From Octopus vulgaris (taxonomy: Eukaryota): a stretch of DNA of 64,000 nt. Made by a program: the position numbers and the translations under genes. The notes beneath the pieces were generated by a model that saw nothing but the letters and a program-made list of their open reading frames with translations, searched no databases and was not told the DNA's origin. The stretch lies in the NCBI GenBank assembly GCA_951406725.2, contig OX597818.1, positions 24,056,001 to 24,120,000 of the forward strand. The letters run 5' to 3'. Shown here in pieces: positions 51,464 to 64,000 of the stretch (the stretch's first letter is position 1; each line of letters opens with the position of its first letter).

Positions 51464-52703
51464 GTAAGTAAATCTGTTTCTAGTCTTTCCTGCTTTTACT
51501 GATTTCATTTTTTTCAACTTTTAGTTGATTATATCAACCTCAGTACTTTATCTTGTACTTATTGTATTAATCTCTATCAACTGGCTGAACTCACTTTGGT
51601 ATAAAAGGACTAAAAGTCACAGGGAATTTTGCACAAGTTGGTCAGGCATCTGTCACTGATACACATTGAAGAGCTTACTTTCAAAACCAGATATATGCAT
51701 CGGAATGATTTTTGAGTAATTGTTTAAGACAACTTGAATAATCTGCTTTTGATTGGAAGACTAAGATTTGCCTACTATCTATATTGCATCTATACCAGTT
51801 TGACTGAAAAGAATTTCACATACATGACGCTTGCAGATCGTGTTTTAAAGGTTATCATGAAATCAACCAAATATTTGAAAGTAAGCTCCTCATATACACA
51901 TGGAGACACACACACACATATATAACTAAAAAATTTATGCTGAAGATCTTTGTCTGAAACCATGGTACAGAAATAACAGCAGGAACTAAAATACATACAT
52001 GTACAGTTAAGTGAAAACTACCATATTTGATGTGGTGAACCAGCAGTGATTTTTAATCAAATGAAATCAAATGAAATTATAACTTTAATGATAAAATTCA
52101 TTTTCAGTAATGGAAATTTGAAAGGATGCATGGGAGAGAACTCTGGAAAGGTTGGCAGGCTAGTGAATCTGATTTTTGGTAGCTATGGGATGATATATTA
52201 GACCAGTATCTCCCAAACTTTTCGCACCAAATTGCAATATCGGCCAAAAAATGCTCCATCACCCACCTGTGTATAAAAATCTCTGACACCTTCCTTACAC
52301 TAAATCCCCTAGGAGAACCTCCCTCTATATCATTTGACATTACTATATTGTTGACTTGTTGCCCGGTTAGTGCTGTTTGGACTAAATATGCGGTTGTTTA
52401 CAAATCTCTTATTGTGGGTTTAGTTTTGCCATTAATATGAATAAAATTCTAATATTAACAGTTCAATGTAAATAATATGCTGCATGAAGTACTGACTGGA
52501 ACACTATAAATTTATGGAGAATATAAGTGTGAAAATTACTTGGTTATAAAAAATGACTAGAGATTTTATCTGAATTTGGTTTTAAAACCGAAGAATGAAT
52601 TGAAGTGAAAATGGGTAGTAACAGTAAAATGTTAATGGCATGAAAATAAAATAAAATAGAGTTAAAAATAATATTAGATTTTGAAATGCTTCCTTCTCTG
52701 TAG

Positions 52704-52812
52704 GCCGCTACATATAGCTGTTGCACACAAGAATCTAGCATCAATTGGATCTTTCTGCAAGCTGATTCAACAAGCGGGGAAAACTGTTGATCGCTTTAAT
52801 AAAAAGAAGTTT
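52704..52812 (+). CDS. BCL3: Bcl-3-like, exon 3
   Basis: ctctgtag| ... |gtaagt; PLHIAVAHKNL...DRFNKKKF. Confidence 0.9.
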
Positions 52813-53635
52813 GTAAGTATTTTTTCTTAATTTTTTTTTTACCATAGTAACCATTTGTGTTTCTAATTCAATATAGAATACAAAATACAGATGACCATAG
52901 ACTTGAGTCTTATCTTGTTGAATGATTGGCCTATATTGATATATTAGCAAAAAATTGTAGTGACTTTATATTATTTTAGGGTTGTTTACGGATTTTCAAT
53001 GTCTATTCAAGATAAAATAATATTGAAGATCTGTTGATATATTATGAAAAGCATGGTGATTGCTGTATAGTAGGAAGATAATGACAGAAGGGGACCTGCA
53101 AAAGTTAAGGAATGGCTTGTTGGATAATGGCTCCATGTGAAAGTCAGTCAGAGGAAGAGTGATAGTTATGAAATAAAACATGATGAGACTAGTCTTAAAA
53201 ATATGAGAAACAAAAGCAATGTCAGAAATGAAAAGAAAGTTTGCAAGGCTGTCTAGTTCTGATTAGTTTCTCATCTTGAATGAAATAAATTTTAAATAAT
53301 AAACTGTTTGATAAGCTTTCAATAGTGAAACAAAGAACAAAATAATATAAATGATGATGAATATTCATTATAAAATGATATATCATCCCTCTATTTTCTC
53401 TAATATGTTTCTAACAAAAATACATTTGTATAAAGGAATTTGTTTTTATTTTAATCCCAGTTAAAAAAACTTAGTAGGAATTGTTGCCAGAGGATGTTTT
53501 GGTTTTAGCTTCTGGTTTGCTCTCATGATGCTCTACATATGGCTATGCTCTTGCAGGGAAGAATTCTCATTTTGTGTAGCTGCAAGCAACAGTCTTATCT
53601 ATCATGGTGATTTGGCATGGCTAACTGGACATTAA

Positions 53636-53857
53636 CCCTTTTGTTACTGTATTTATTTTGAGATGCTCTGTGTTTCTTTCAATTAATTTTAAATATAACA
53701 AAGAATTTAGTAAAATAACCTAGTTGTCATTAAGCTGGTGTTAGGAACATAAATTGTGACTAAGGTTTGGTGGAAGATTTTAATTCAAAACTTATGAAAA
53801 CAAGTCATTTGTACTACAGAGCCAGAGCCGGTTTCAGCTGGGTTGGTAACGAAAGGG
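53636..53857. mobile_element. piggyBac-type MITE (222 bp)
   Basis: TTAA|CCCTTTTGTTAC ... GTAACGAAAGGG|TTAA. Confidence 0.85.
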
Positions 53858-54617
53858 TTAAACCTGTTTTGGTGATGGCATTTTTGTCAACAGTACTTAT
53901 TGGCACTGCATGTGTAGAAATATATATATACAGATAGAGAGAGGGACACAAATGACAGGTTTGTTATCAACTAGAATAAAAGCAAAATTTTCACAGAGCC
54001 AAAAGATTTTGAGGACAAAACATCTGATGTCAAATAAATTAGTGTTGAATCAGTGAGGCCAAAATGTCTCACACCTCATCTAACATGAGCTGATAATGAG
54101 AGATGGCATTCCAGCAATTCAACCATAACCAACTAATGGGCACTCTGCTGGTTATGATGACGAGAGTTCCAGTTGATCTGCTTGTGAAATTAACATGTAA
54201 GTGGCTTAGCACTCCACAGGTATGTGTACACTTAATATAGTTCTCAGGGAAATTTGGTGTGACACAGAGTGTGACAAGGCTGACCCTTTGAAATACATGT
54301 ACTAATGGGTCTTGCTCAAGAATATAATGCATTGCTGAGAATTGAACTCACAACTGTATGAGCTGAATACCCTAACCACTAAGCCATGCACCTTCACATA
54401 ATCAACTACATACATTAAAAATATACATATTCCCTAACAGACATCTTTGTTTTTTTCCTTGTGGATAATTCATATAACTTTTTATTTATTAATATTTTTC
54501 ACTTAAATACTTCATTAACAGACACTGTTGATGGGCACATCCCCTCCAGCAGATAGGGATATCCCATCATGAGATGTGTATTCTTTAAAATAATTTGTTT
54601 TCATTAATTTTTGGCAG

Positions 54618-54831
54618 ACTCCTTTGCATTTATGTGTGAAAATGAATTATAGTAAGGGTGTGAGGAAGTTAATAAAGATGGGTGCTGACATGAACTTGTC
54701 TGATGGCAAAGGAAATTCTGCTGTTCATTTAGCAGTTTCCTATTCACACTTTGAATGCTTTGATGTTATACTAAAGACATGTTCTTCTATGGAAAATTGT
54801 AAACCAAATTTAGATTCCCATAATTATGAAG
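54618..54831 (+). CDS. BCL3: Bcl-3-like, exon 4 (ankyrin repeats 2-3)
   Basis: ttggcag| ... G|gtaagt; TPLHLCV...GAD...DGKGNSAVHLAV...NYE(G). Confidence 0.92.
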
Positions 54832-56315
54832 GTAAGTGTTTCTGGATTAAATGCAATTTCATTTTCTGTTCTGTATGTTAGATGTAAAATGTTAGGTACC
54901 TTTATAAATCAGCTGCAATTTTATTATAAAAGAAATTAGTGCTTATGTCTTTATCTTCATACAAAAAAAAAGCACCCTAAATTCTGATCTAAAAATTAAA
55001 ACTGATTTTTTTTATAAAGTAAAACTTTGAAGGATGTAACAAATTTTAAAGAAAGACAGGGCACTAATTATTTTAAAGAACTAAAAAGCATTTAGTTATA
55101 AACCAATTGATTGAAAAAGTTGAATTCATTGCAGTGTTAAAAGAAAACAAATGTTTGTCATTTCTATATTAAAATTAAAATATGAGTTTATGTTTGTACC
55201 TTTAACTAAATTTAATAGATACCAACATTCATTTAACAAGCAATAAAATCTCATGTTTTTTGTTTTGTTTCATTATTGCTGTTCAAAACTTTCTGGTGTC
55301 ATTAAATTAAGCCCTGTTCTTAGGAGTATATTTCAAGGTTCATAATTATACATTTTTAAAAATGATATATTAATTTAAATGGTTCTGATTGAAGGTTTGA
55401 GGCCAATGATTTTAAAGCTGAATTTTCTTCCTATTCATAACCATGTGCAAGTAGTATGTAAGTTGAATGTAACTGATGTAAATAAAGAAATACTATTAAA
55501 CACTGAAATGTGGACAGTGGATTGTCAGAATCATTAGAGCACTGGACAAAATACTTAATGGTTCTGGCCCTTTATGTTCTGAGTTCAAATCCCACTGAGA
55601 TCAGTTTCACCTTTCACCCTTCCAGGGTTGATAAAACATAGTACCAGTCAAGAACTGCAATCAATTTAAATGACCACCAAATTTCTATCCTTGTGCCTAG
55701 GTCAGAAACTATTATTGTACTCTGTAATGTCACTGGTTAATTAGTAACTGTTATACTTAACCATTGCAATATTCTAGGTATACTTCTAATAATTATTTTA
55801 ATTCTTTCTTTATTTTATATTTAATCAGAATTTAGTTTGTTGTAGTTTTAAAAGAAATCTAGAATATTGAAAAGCTCGCACAATAGTATTTTAGCTGAAT
55901 TAATATTTGGAAAAAATTTAGATCTATTCAAAAGTTTGTTGTGAAAAAATAAAGATTTTGTAAATCTTTATTTGCCCTGGATATCACTCAGTTTCCTGTA
56001 GGATTTATCTTCAGGCAAATTGTTTTGTGTAATTCTTAAAAGAAGAAAGTGTTTATTGAAAGTAATTACACTGTACTTGACAGATGGCTTAGTTTCTAAA
56101 CTCATTACAACTTTAGTCTTCAAAGCCAGTGAAGAACATAGTTGCAAATGAAGCTTCAACATAGGCTTGGCGGTATGGTAATAAGCTAGCTTCTCAACCA
56201 CATGTTTCCAGGTTCAGTCCCCAAAGCCTTGTGAGTGGATTTGGTAGATGGAAACAGTGATACATGTGGCAAAAGAAATAAATGAGATACTTACTCATAT
56301 CCATGGAAGAATATA

Positions 56316-56369
<54 letters not shown>

Positions 56370-56373
56370 TATA

Positions 56374-56794
56374 TGTAGTTCAAAACAGTTTGATTTGGAT
56401 TCTATGCTACTTCAAGCTTCGAAGCCTCTAACAGAGCCTACATACATAAACACATCCATACACTCACATATTGCACATGTACTCATGCACACAAGCTCAT
56501 ATACCTACATGCGCCATTGACCCTACACCTGGATGCACTGTTGCCACCAATTTTCTGTCCAACCACATGACCAAGAAACTCCTTTTCCTCATGTAACTGC
56601 TGTCAATTTCTTAGCAATACTGTGACATCATGTGACCTTCCTTGACCAATTGCAGCCCATCTACTGGTAGCCATCTTGAACTTTCTGTACCTCCCCACTC
56701 ATTCAGATTTCCACCGGCTTTAGGAGAGGCTCTGTTAGGGGCTTCGAAACTTGAAATAGCACAGACTCTGAATCAAACTGTTTTGAACAATACA
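56374..56794. mobile_element. Penelope-derived fragment bounded by inverted repeats with hammerhead remnants
   Basis: 56374-56438 inverted vs 56727-56794; arm contains stem GGCTCT-gtt-AG(A/G)GGCTTC then GAAAC-ttgaa-(G/A)TA; shares tctgaatcaaact with the 29385 pLTR. Confidence 0.6.
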
Positions 56795-56869
56795 TGTAAC
56801 TCCAAATAACTGTGTTGAGTACTTTTGTTTGTCCACTCATATATATACATACATATATATATATCTGTA

Positions 56870-57082
56870 TGTGTGTGTCTTTGCATCTAGTTGTCAATCA
56901 GTGTTGATGTGTTTGTGTCCCCATAACTTAGCGGTTCAGCAAAAAAAGAAAAAAACAACTGATAGAATAAGCACCAGGATTTTAAAAAAAATAAGTACTG
57001 GGGTTGATTCATTTGGCTAAAAAAATTCAAGGTGGTGCCCCAGCATGACCACAGTCTCACGACTGAAACAAGTAAAAGATAA
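56870..57082 (+). mobile_element. SINE 3' half
   Basis: Matches body and gactgaaacaagtaaaaga tail of the main SINE family. Confidence 0.75.
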
Positions 57083-57497
57083 AATATAGCATCCAAAGTT
57101 ATAAAACCTTATACTTTACTACTGAGCCATTACCTATCTACTTTTGGAGTTGAAATCTAAAGCAATCTATATAAAAAATATTCATTTAGTGTTATTGCAA
57201 TAGTATGGGAACCTGCATATTGTTCAAACTAAGAAATAGAATGATAAGCATCCATGGTTCCAACTATATAGAATCATCTTTATCTCTCTTTCTCTCTTCA
57301 TCAATTCCATTATTCTGTCTCTTTCTCTTCCCACATTTCTCTCCATTCACCATTTTCAACATCAATGCAACTGCTGACACCTTTGTCACCATTTATGCCA
57401 TAACTATCTCCTGTTTGCTTCTTACTCTATTTGAGTCACTTCCCTTGCTTATACAAAAGGTGAGTAAGTAATATACTATTGTAGTAATATATATAAA

Positions 57498-57783
57498 CTA
57501 GCAGTATCACCCGGAGTTGCTCGGGTTTGTAAGGGAAATAACTATATAAGCATTTTTAGAGAGTTACTTCCCTTATATAACCCGAGCAAAAATCATTAAA
57601 AATGCGGAAAAATGATGGTAAATTTTTTAGACGCGTGCTAATACACAGAAGGGCTCGATATGAATGACGACTATAAGATACCTACTTTTGGTTAAACTGC
57701 ACCGCAAAATGTGGGAGTAGTTAGGAATCTAAATTGGAGGAGACAGAGTCTCACACACACAACTTCTATTTTATATATAAAGA
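57498..57783 (-). mobile_element. Short non-autonomous Helitron
   Basis: Minus strand A|TCTTTATATATAAAA ... CCCGAGCAACTCCGGG hairpin, CTAG|T; terminus related to 19872 and ~33579. Confidence 0.8.
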
Positions 57784-58006
57784 TTTGATATTTAAGAGAA
57801 TATACATTTAATCAAAATACTAAACAAGATTTCCAGCTAGTAATGTAATGTTAGTTATGCATTATAAAGTTATCAGATGATACAGAAATGTTTTTTTTAA
57901 AACTTTTAAAATTTTATTTTTGGCAATACAAACTGTGTTTATTATATATTTTTAACAATTTTTATTTGATATATCAACCTCACTAATTTTAAAAATTTAT
58001 ATATAG

Positions 58007-58095
58007 GTTTAACACCCCTGCATACATCTGTCCAAAAGCAGAACATTGAAATGGTCAGGAAACTTTTAAAAGCTGGGGCTGATCCAGATAGTAAG
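58007..58095 (+). CDS. BCL3: Bcl-3-like, exon 5 (ankyrin repeat 4)
   Basis: atag| ... AAG|gtaatc; (G)LTPLHTSVQKQNIEMVRKLLKAGADPDSK. Confidence 0.92.
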
Positions 58096-59042
58096 GTAAT
58101 CTAAAATGCTTTTCCTTTTCTCTTGTGAATTTTTTGAATTTCCATATTTTTATGCCATTATCTATTATAAATTCTAATCTTAGTTATTAATTTGAAATAG
58201 TTTCTTACTTATTCCTTCCTTATTTTGATTTTTAAGTATTTTATAATTAGAATCTTATTCTGACAATAACCTCTGTCTGTGAAGCAGAAATACTGTTTTC
58301 AGCTCCTTTGATTGTTTTTAGTAATGTTTAACTAAAGTTACATGCAATATTTGTGGTAAATTTTAAACTTATAATCTACAAGTAGGTTTATTCTGCTCTT
58401 TGTAAAATGAGCTTTAATTTGTAAAGCATTTAGGTTGTACTTGTTAAAATATTTTTCAAGGATATCAAACCTCTATTTAACATTTTAGTTAAAGCATGTG
58501 GCCTAGTGGTTTTGATTTTGGTCATTAAATTATGGATTTGATCATAGGCTGGGCAGCTTATATCCTTCAGCAAAGTATATCATTTCACGATGATCCATTC
58601 TACTCAGCTGATAATGAATATCAGCCTAGTGCTGGTATAGCCTCCTCTCCTTCCAGCTGTCTCATCCTCAATGTTCCACTGAGTCAGATAATAAAAGGGC
58701 CAAAGGATTACCAGGTCATACTCTCTTGATAGTCATGGTTATAGTTTTTTTATTCATACTATATTAACATACACTTTGCAGTACAGTGTATTTGAATAGA
58801 ACTACAACTATTTTGTTGTGTATTGTTGCTAACATCTAATCCTTTTACTTCACAATTCAACTGCTAAGAATAGAAACAGTAGTGAGAAGTAAAACCTTAT
58901 ATCAATGATCAAATTTCAGAAACTACCTAAACCTTTGTAATATGGAAAAGTTAATTTGAGAAAAAAATTAAGTTTTAACTAAAACTTGTATCTGTGTAAA
59001 AAAAAAAATTTAGTCTCAGATTTTTATATGAATATTTCTTAT

Positions 59043-59235
59043 TCCCCTATCCAAAGTACAAATAAAACAGCACACAACCAGAGAAACATCAGAAGTTTAT
59101 ATTTTATAAGAAAGCATCATCATCATCATCATGGAAAGCGGACGTTAAATGATGATGATGATGATTTCTTATAAAATATAAACTTCTGATGTTTCTCTGG
59201 TTGTGTGCTGTTTTATTTGTACTTTGGATAGGGGA
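59043..59235. repeat. Perfect inverted repeat with 71-bp arms
   Basis: 59043-59113 is the exact reverse complement of 59165-59235. Confidence 0.97.
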
Positions 59236-60692
59236 TATCTTCAAGTATTTCATAAATTTTTTAATTTTTTTATTTTCATAATTATATATATTACTAATTC
59301 ATTATAAAAGAAAACTTGAAATAAATATCTTCATAAATCCCCTGGAGATGAAGCCTATTGATGTTGATCAACTGGAGAAGATGGAATCATTTTTATGAGA
59401 TGCATAACGAATAAAGGTGTTATCAAAATTTTGTAAAAATGATTAGAATATCAATAGTCATGGAAAAGTATATATATTCCTGAAGAGATCAATCCTGTCC
59501 TCTTTTTTGGCTAAAACGGTGAGATGTGAGATAAACTCACTTGTTTTATAAAGGTTCTAAATGCTATATCATGTTTTCTTGACCTGGAAGCTTACTTTTA
59601 AACAATGTTTGGAACAGTTAATCAGGCATTATTTCACAATGTAAGTCACAGAAACATAGGAATTTGTTAGCATTCACTTATGAAACAATCAGAAAGTAGA
59701 TTTATTTGTGATAAGGTGCAGCTTTTTGCTCCAATTTTGTCTTGAGTTTCTAAGGAACAAAACAAACAGATAAAAAAATGAGTTGGTCATAAGTTTATTT
59801 GTCATTGAGAGTAAAAGAAAAAAAATATTTTCATTTTTTACTTTCTTTTAAATGTCAGTGTGAATTATATCATATGGCATTTTTTAATTACAACTTTAAA
59901 ATCCCTGTGTTTTCAATATATATGTTGCATGCATTTTGCTTAACGATTTGTAATTGTAACGAAATTTGACATTGATAACATTAGGGAAGTAAATCCTTAT
60001 GCAATATCATTGATAGATAAGAGTATATCGCTATTATCTTATCTGTCCTTTGTAAATAAGATGATGCATAACATTTATTACTTATTTTTAATATTTGAAA
60101 TCTACCCCAAAACCAAAAGAACTGCACAGAAATGTAGACTCCTGAATTTTCAGACTAGAATTTGCAATTTGGCACTAATAGTTCTGAATCAATAAAAATA
60201 TTGTTTTTTTTTTCACTTTAACGAAGATAAATTAGTGAAAAGTAAATATCAACTATTGCTTTGGATTGACCAATGACATTAGCTTATGAGTAGATGGAAA
60301 CTGCAAAAGTTTGTCTTTACACACACACGTGCATGTGTGAGTATCTGTTTTTATATATTCACTGGTTTAAAAACTGGCATTGTTTATATTGTGTTCCTCT
60401 ATGCATTGTTACTGAACAGTTCAACATAATAGAGATCAATAAAATATGTACTATGCTGAAATATATACTGGTTTGATATGATTGACTACATCCCTTGAAC
60501 ATGTCACTCCAACATTGCTGCAGCCCAATGACTTCATTAATTTATTTGAAAGGTTCCTCTCCTCAGCTGATCAGATCATTTGAATACAAGCCTGTCAAGT
60601 GAAAGTTTGTATTAAGTTAGCATTGCTGTACTGTGTTTCTATTAACTGCAAGGCATAGCATCAATACAGAATTCAATTTTCTTATTTTGTAT

Positions 60693-60881
60693 CTTTTACT
60701 TGTTTCAGTCATTGGACTGCTTCCATGCTGGTGCATTGCTTTGCTTTGAAGGATTTAGCCAAACAAATTAACTCCAGTACTTATTTTTTAAAGTCCGGTA
60801 CTTATTCTACTGGTGACTTTTATGAAACTGCTAAGTTATGATAATGTAAACAAATCAGCATTTATCAAGCGTTTCAGTGGT

Positions 60882-60885
<4 letters not shown>
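60693..60885 (-). mobile_element. SINE 3' half
   Basis: cttttacttgtttcagtcatt... main SINE family, degenerate. Confidence 0.7.
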
Positions 60886-60928
<43 letters not shown>

Positions 60929-61063
60929 CTTTCTCTCTCTCTCTTTAAAAGTTAAAAGCTTCAATGTACTTTGCTTATTTTGTAGGATGTGTATAGGAAG
61001 CAATTTCATTGTTTAATTAATTTTGCTTCTTTTTCTTCCTTTCTTCTTTTTATAAAATAAAAG

Positions 61064-61294
61064 GATTACAAGAGTGGCCGGACACCTTTATTCTTTGCTG
61101 TTGAAAACAAAAATGAAGACATTATAAAATTATTGCTAGAGAATAAAGCTTCCATTGACATTCAAAATTTTGCTGGACATACTCCTTTTCTTGTCGCTAA
61201 TGGTCGTAAATACCCAGAAATTTGTAAGTTATTAGTTGATCAGGGAGCAGATTCTCATGGAATGACATTTGATGATTTGGCCTGCAACTACAAG
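61064..61294 (+). CDS. BCL3: Bcl-3-like, exon 6 (ankyrin repeats 5-6)
   Basis: aag| ... AAG|gtatgt; DYKSGRTPLFFAVEN...ANGR...LVDQGADS parallels human Bcl-3 DIKSGRSPLIHAVEN...ASGR...LVRSGADS. Confidence 0.92.
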
Positions 61295-61996
61295 GTATGT
61301 TACTTTAATATCTTTTGAACTACAATAATTTTTATTTTGAATTTATTATTATTTTCCTACTGCTTTCTTATATGTAGCATTTTGCCACAAAATTCATTAA
61401 GATTGTAATTATGGTAACTTAGTCATTTAATTTCAAAACTGGTAGAGCTTCCTAAAACTAATCATTCTTGCTACCTGTTACTTCTGCTAAATTAAATTAT
61501 TTTTGTTAGAATCAATTGAGATTCTCTGAGGCTGATCATTTTTAATCTAAGTCACACTTCAATGCTGTTAATATTTAGAGATAAATGTTGCTTAATACAC
61601 ATCCTGATTTATAAACAATAACAAAAAAAGATGTATAGACAAATAAAAAAATGCCTTATATAGACAAAGACAGAGGTATCTTATATGTGAGATGGAGTGA
61701 CAATATAAATTTTTTATGCTATTGTTTGGAAGTAGTGTTTGTGTAACTTATAGTATATAAATTTAATGACTATAAAGAAATAAAGAATGAATGATATAGA
61801 ATATCAGCATATAGAATAATCATGAGTAGATTATTGACATTATATCAAGAAATATCTATGTCTATAATGTAATTATAATTTTATTACTTTTGAAATTTGC
61901 TATTCATATATTTAAATTTTTTTTCACTGTGTAATAATATTTTCTGTTTATTTTCTATACTTATGTTTAAAATGATTTCCAAATTAATTATTTCAG

Positions 61997-62053
61997 ACAT
62001 CAAATATAAAGTATCAGTTGAAAAATAAATTAGTAGCCAACCAGTCCAGTTAA
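61997..62053 (+). CDS. BCL3: Bcl-3-like, probable terminal exon
   Basis: tatttcag| then TSNIKYQLKNKLVANQSS*; joined CDS is 1770 nt (589 aa). Confidence 0.65.
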   Translation, partial: TSNIKYQLKNKLVANQSS

Positions 62054-62951
62054 AATCATAACTGAAAATTTTATGGCTATCTTGAGAATGGTTCTTTCAA
62101 GGAAAATTTGGGAAGTTATCAGACCGAGCTTGAAATTTTGGTTAGTGCTTTCCTCATCATTTTCTGAAACAGGCTGAAGATACGCAGAAGGTTTACAATT
62201 TTTGTTATTGTTTTTCTGTTTTAAATAATTAATATCATTGATTCATCATGTCATATCTTTGGCATTAGATAGGATAATTTAAATAAAAAATTGGTAAAAT
62301 ATTGCCAAAAATGATTGTAAAGCAGAGAAAGAAAATAGAAAATCTGGTTGGAAGTAGGTGAATGAAATCATATGCAAGAGCTTTGGGTTTCATAAAGGGG
62401 ATAATATAAATTTGTCATGAATGGAAACCTGTTGCATTGTAGACCTCTCTCTGCAATCATAGAAAAACAGATGTTAAATCAATAAAGATGACATACTATG
62501 CTTTATCATCTAGGGGCTAATCATGATTTAGCATCCAACAGATGTTTGTTGTCTATACCAGATTGTTTTTCTCCAAAGAGTTGTAGCTTCCCATTGTCTT
62601 AGATGTTGCTACAGTTATTGATGTTATATATTTTATTGGATGTAGCATGGGTGACAGAGTAAAGTAAGGGATATCTCTAAAGTGCCTATAAACTTTAGGG
62701 ACTGCAATCTTTATATTTGGGCTTTCTATTTTATCATTTTAAGATTGCTTGCAGATGGTTGAATGAATTTTTCAGCATTTGAGGTGTTGTCTGTGCCTCT
62801 TCAAAGCAGAAATATACAAAGAAACAAACCACATAGATATCAATCCTTTCATAGGTTTGTGTCATTGTGTTTATTTAAGAACTTTTTATGTAAGTAATAC
62901 TTTTTAATTGATGGAAGTCTTTCTTCACATAATATGACCATATATTTTATC

Positions 62952-63165
62952 TTTTATCTTCTACTTGTTTCAGTCATTAGACTGTGGCTATGCTGGGCCA
63001 CACCACCTTGAAGAAATTTTAGTTGAACGAATCAACACCAATGCTTTTTTTATTTTTTAAGCTTGTTACTTATTCTATTGGTCTCTTTTGCCTAACTGCT
63101 AAGTTATGGCGAGGTAAAAACACCAACACCAGTTGTCAAGTGGTGGTGGAGGACAAACACAGGCT
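62952..63165 (-). mobile_element. SINE 3' half
   Basis: Main SINE family body. Confidence 0.75.
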
Positions 63166-63257
63166 TAAAGATAGATAGATAAATACAGTTAGGCTTGATA
63201 CATATATGTGGAGCACAAAATAACAGAGTATAAAATAAAGAAGGAATATATATATAT

Positions 63258-63695
63258 AAATTATGTAATGTCTTGTCTTGACAGTTGTTTCAAGAGGTTT
63301 AGAGTTATGTAATAACTATCATTCACAAGCGGTATGTGCATAATGTTATAGATATGCAACCAAAGACAAGTCCAGATGAGATTATTGCAGTGAGTCTAGC
63401 CTCCCTTTTCAAGGGAAAACTGGAAAATGCAAATCATCTGATAGTGCTTACAAATATAAAGGTTCAAATAGAAGAGAGAGAGAGAGTAGATGGAAATAGT
63501 GAGATGGAGGAGGTATGTAAGAGGCAAGATAAGAAGAACAGCCCCAAAGGAGGCCATTCTTATTGTAATAACTTTGTCTGAAGTTGTCACTGGTTGCATA
63601 CCTATGACATTATACACATATCGCTTGTAAATTCTGGTTATTATATAATTCTGAGCTTCTTGAAACAGCTGTCAAGAAAAGACATTACATAATTT
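63258..63695. mobile_element. Inverted-repeat module, probable Penelope pLTR pair with hammerhead remnants
   Basis: ~150-bp diverged inverted arms 63258-63410 / 63546-63695; right arm has GAAAC-AGCT-GTC. Confidence 0.55.
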
Positions 63696-63934
63696 TTCAT
63701 TATGTATATTTTCTTTATTTACAATCTGTATTTTGTGCTTCATGTAAATATATGTATCAATATATGTGTGTATATATGCGTATATATATGTGTATATATA
63801 TATGTGTGTATATATATGTTTGTGTATATATATGTGTGTGTATATATGTATATATATATGTGTGTATATATATATATATATATAAATGTATATGTGTGTG
63901 TGTGTGTGTAATATATATATATATAAAATATCAG

Positions 63935-64000
63935 AAGTGGCTGTGTGGTAAGTAGCTTGCTTACCAACCACATGGTTATGGATTCAGTTCCATTGCGTGG
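63935..64000 (+). mobile_element. SINE 5' head, cut by window end
   Basis: agtggctgtgtggtaagtagcttgcttaccaaccacatgg matches the family head. Confidence 0.8.

Overview
AT-rich, repeat-dense metazoan genomic DNA; the SINE/LINE families (tRNA-derived SINEs, RTE LINEs with (ATG)n tails) look like those of an octopus (inferred, not database-checked). Three intron-containing host genes can be reconstructed from splice signals and reading phase: (1) the 5' part of a minus-strand gene with a Q/S/T-rich N-terminus, tentatively an RFX-type transcription factor (exons ~10173, 4194-3637, optional 3436-3290, 2775-2694, 35-1); (2) ANAPC13 (23064-23291, +); (3) a complete 7-exon, 589-aa Bcl-3-like nuclear IkB ankyrin protein (48566-62053, +). 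The rest is decayed mobile DNA: Tc1, piggyBac, Tigger/pogo, mariner, Merlin-like and unclassified TIR elements, Helitrons, RTE and CRE-like non-LTR elements, a Gypsy remnant, Penelope-like fragments and many SINEs. Most noteworthy: Penelope-derived modules bounded by inverted repeats carrying minimal hammerhead ribozyme cores; a perfect 71-bp-arm intronic hairpin built around a LINE 3' tail; a PHD finger embedded in an RTE reverse transcriptase; corepressor-like motifs and IRF-type sites associated with the Bcl-3-like gene; and X-box-like sites plus an overlapping uORF at the putative RFX gene. No prokaryote-type system or CRISPR array is present.
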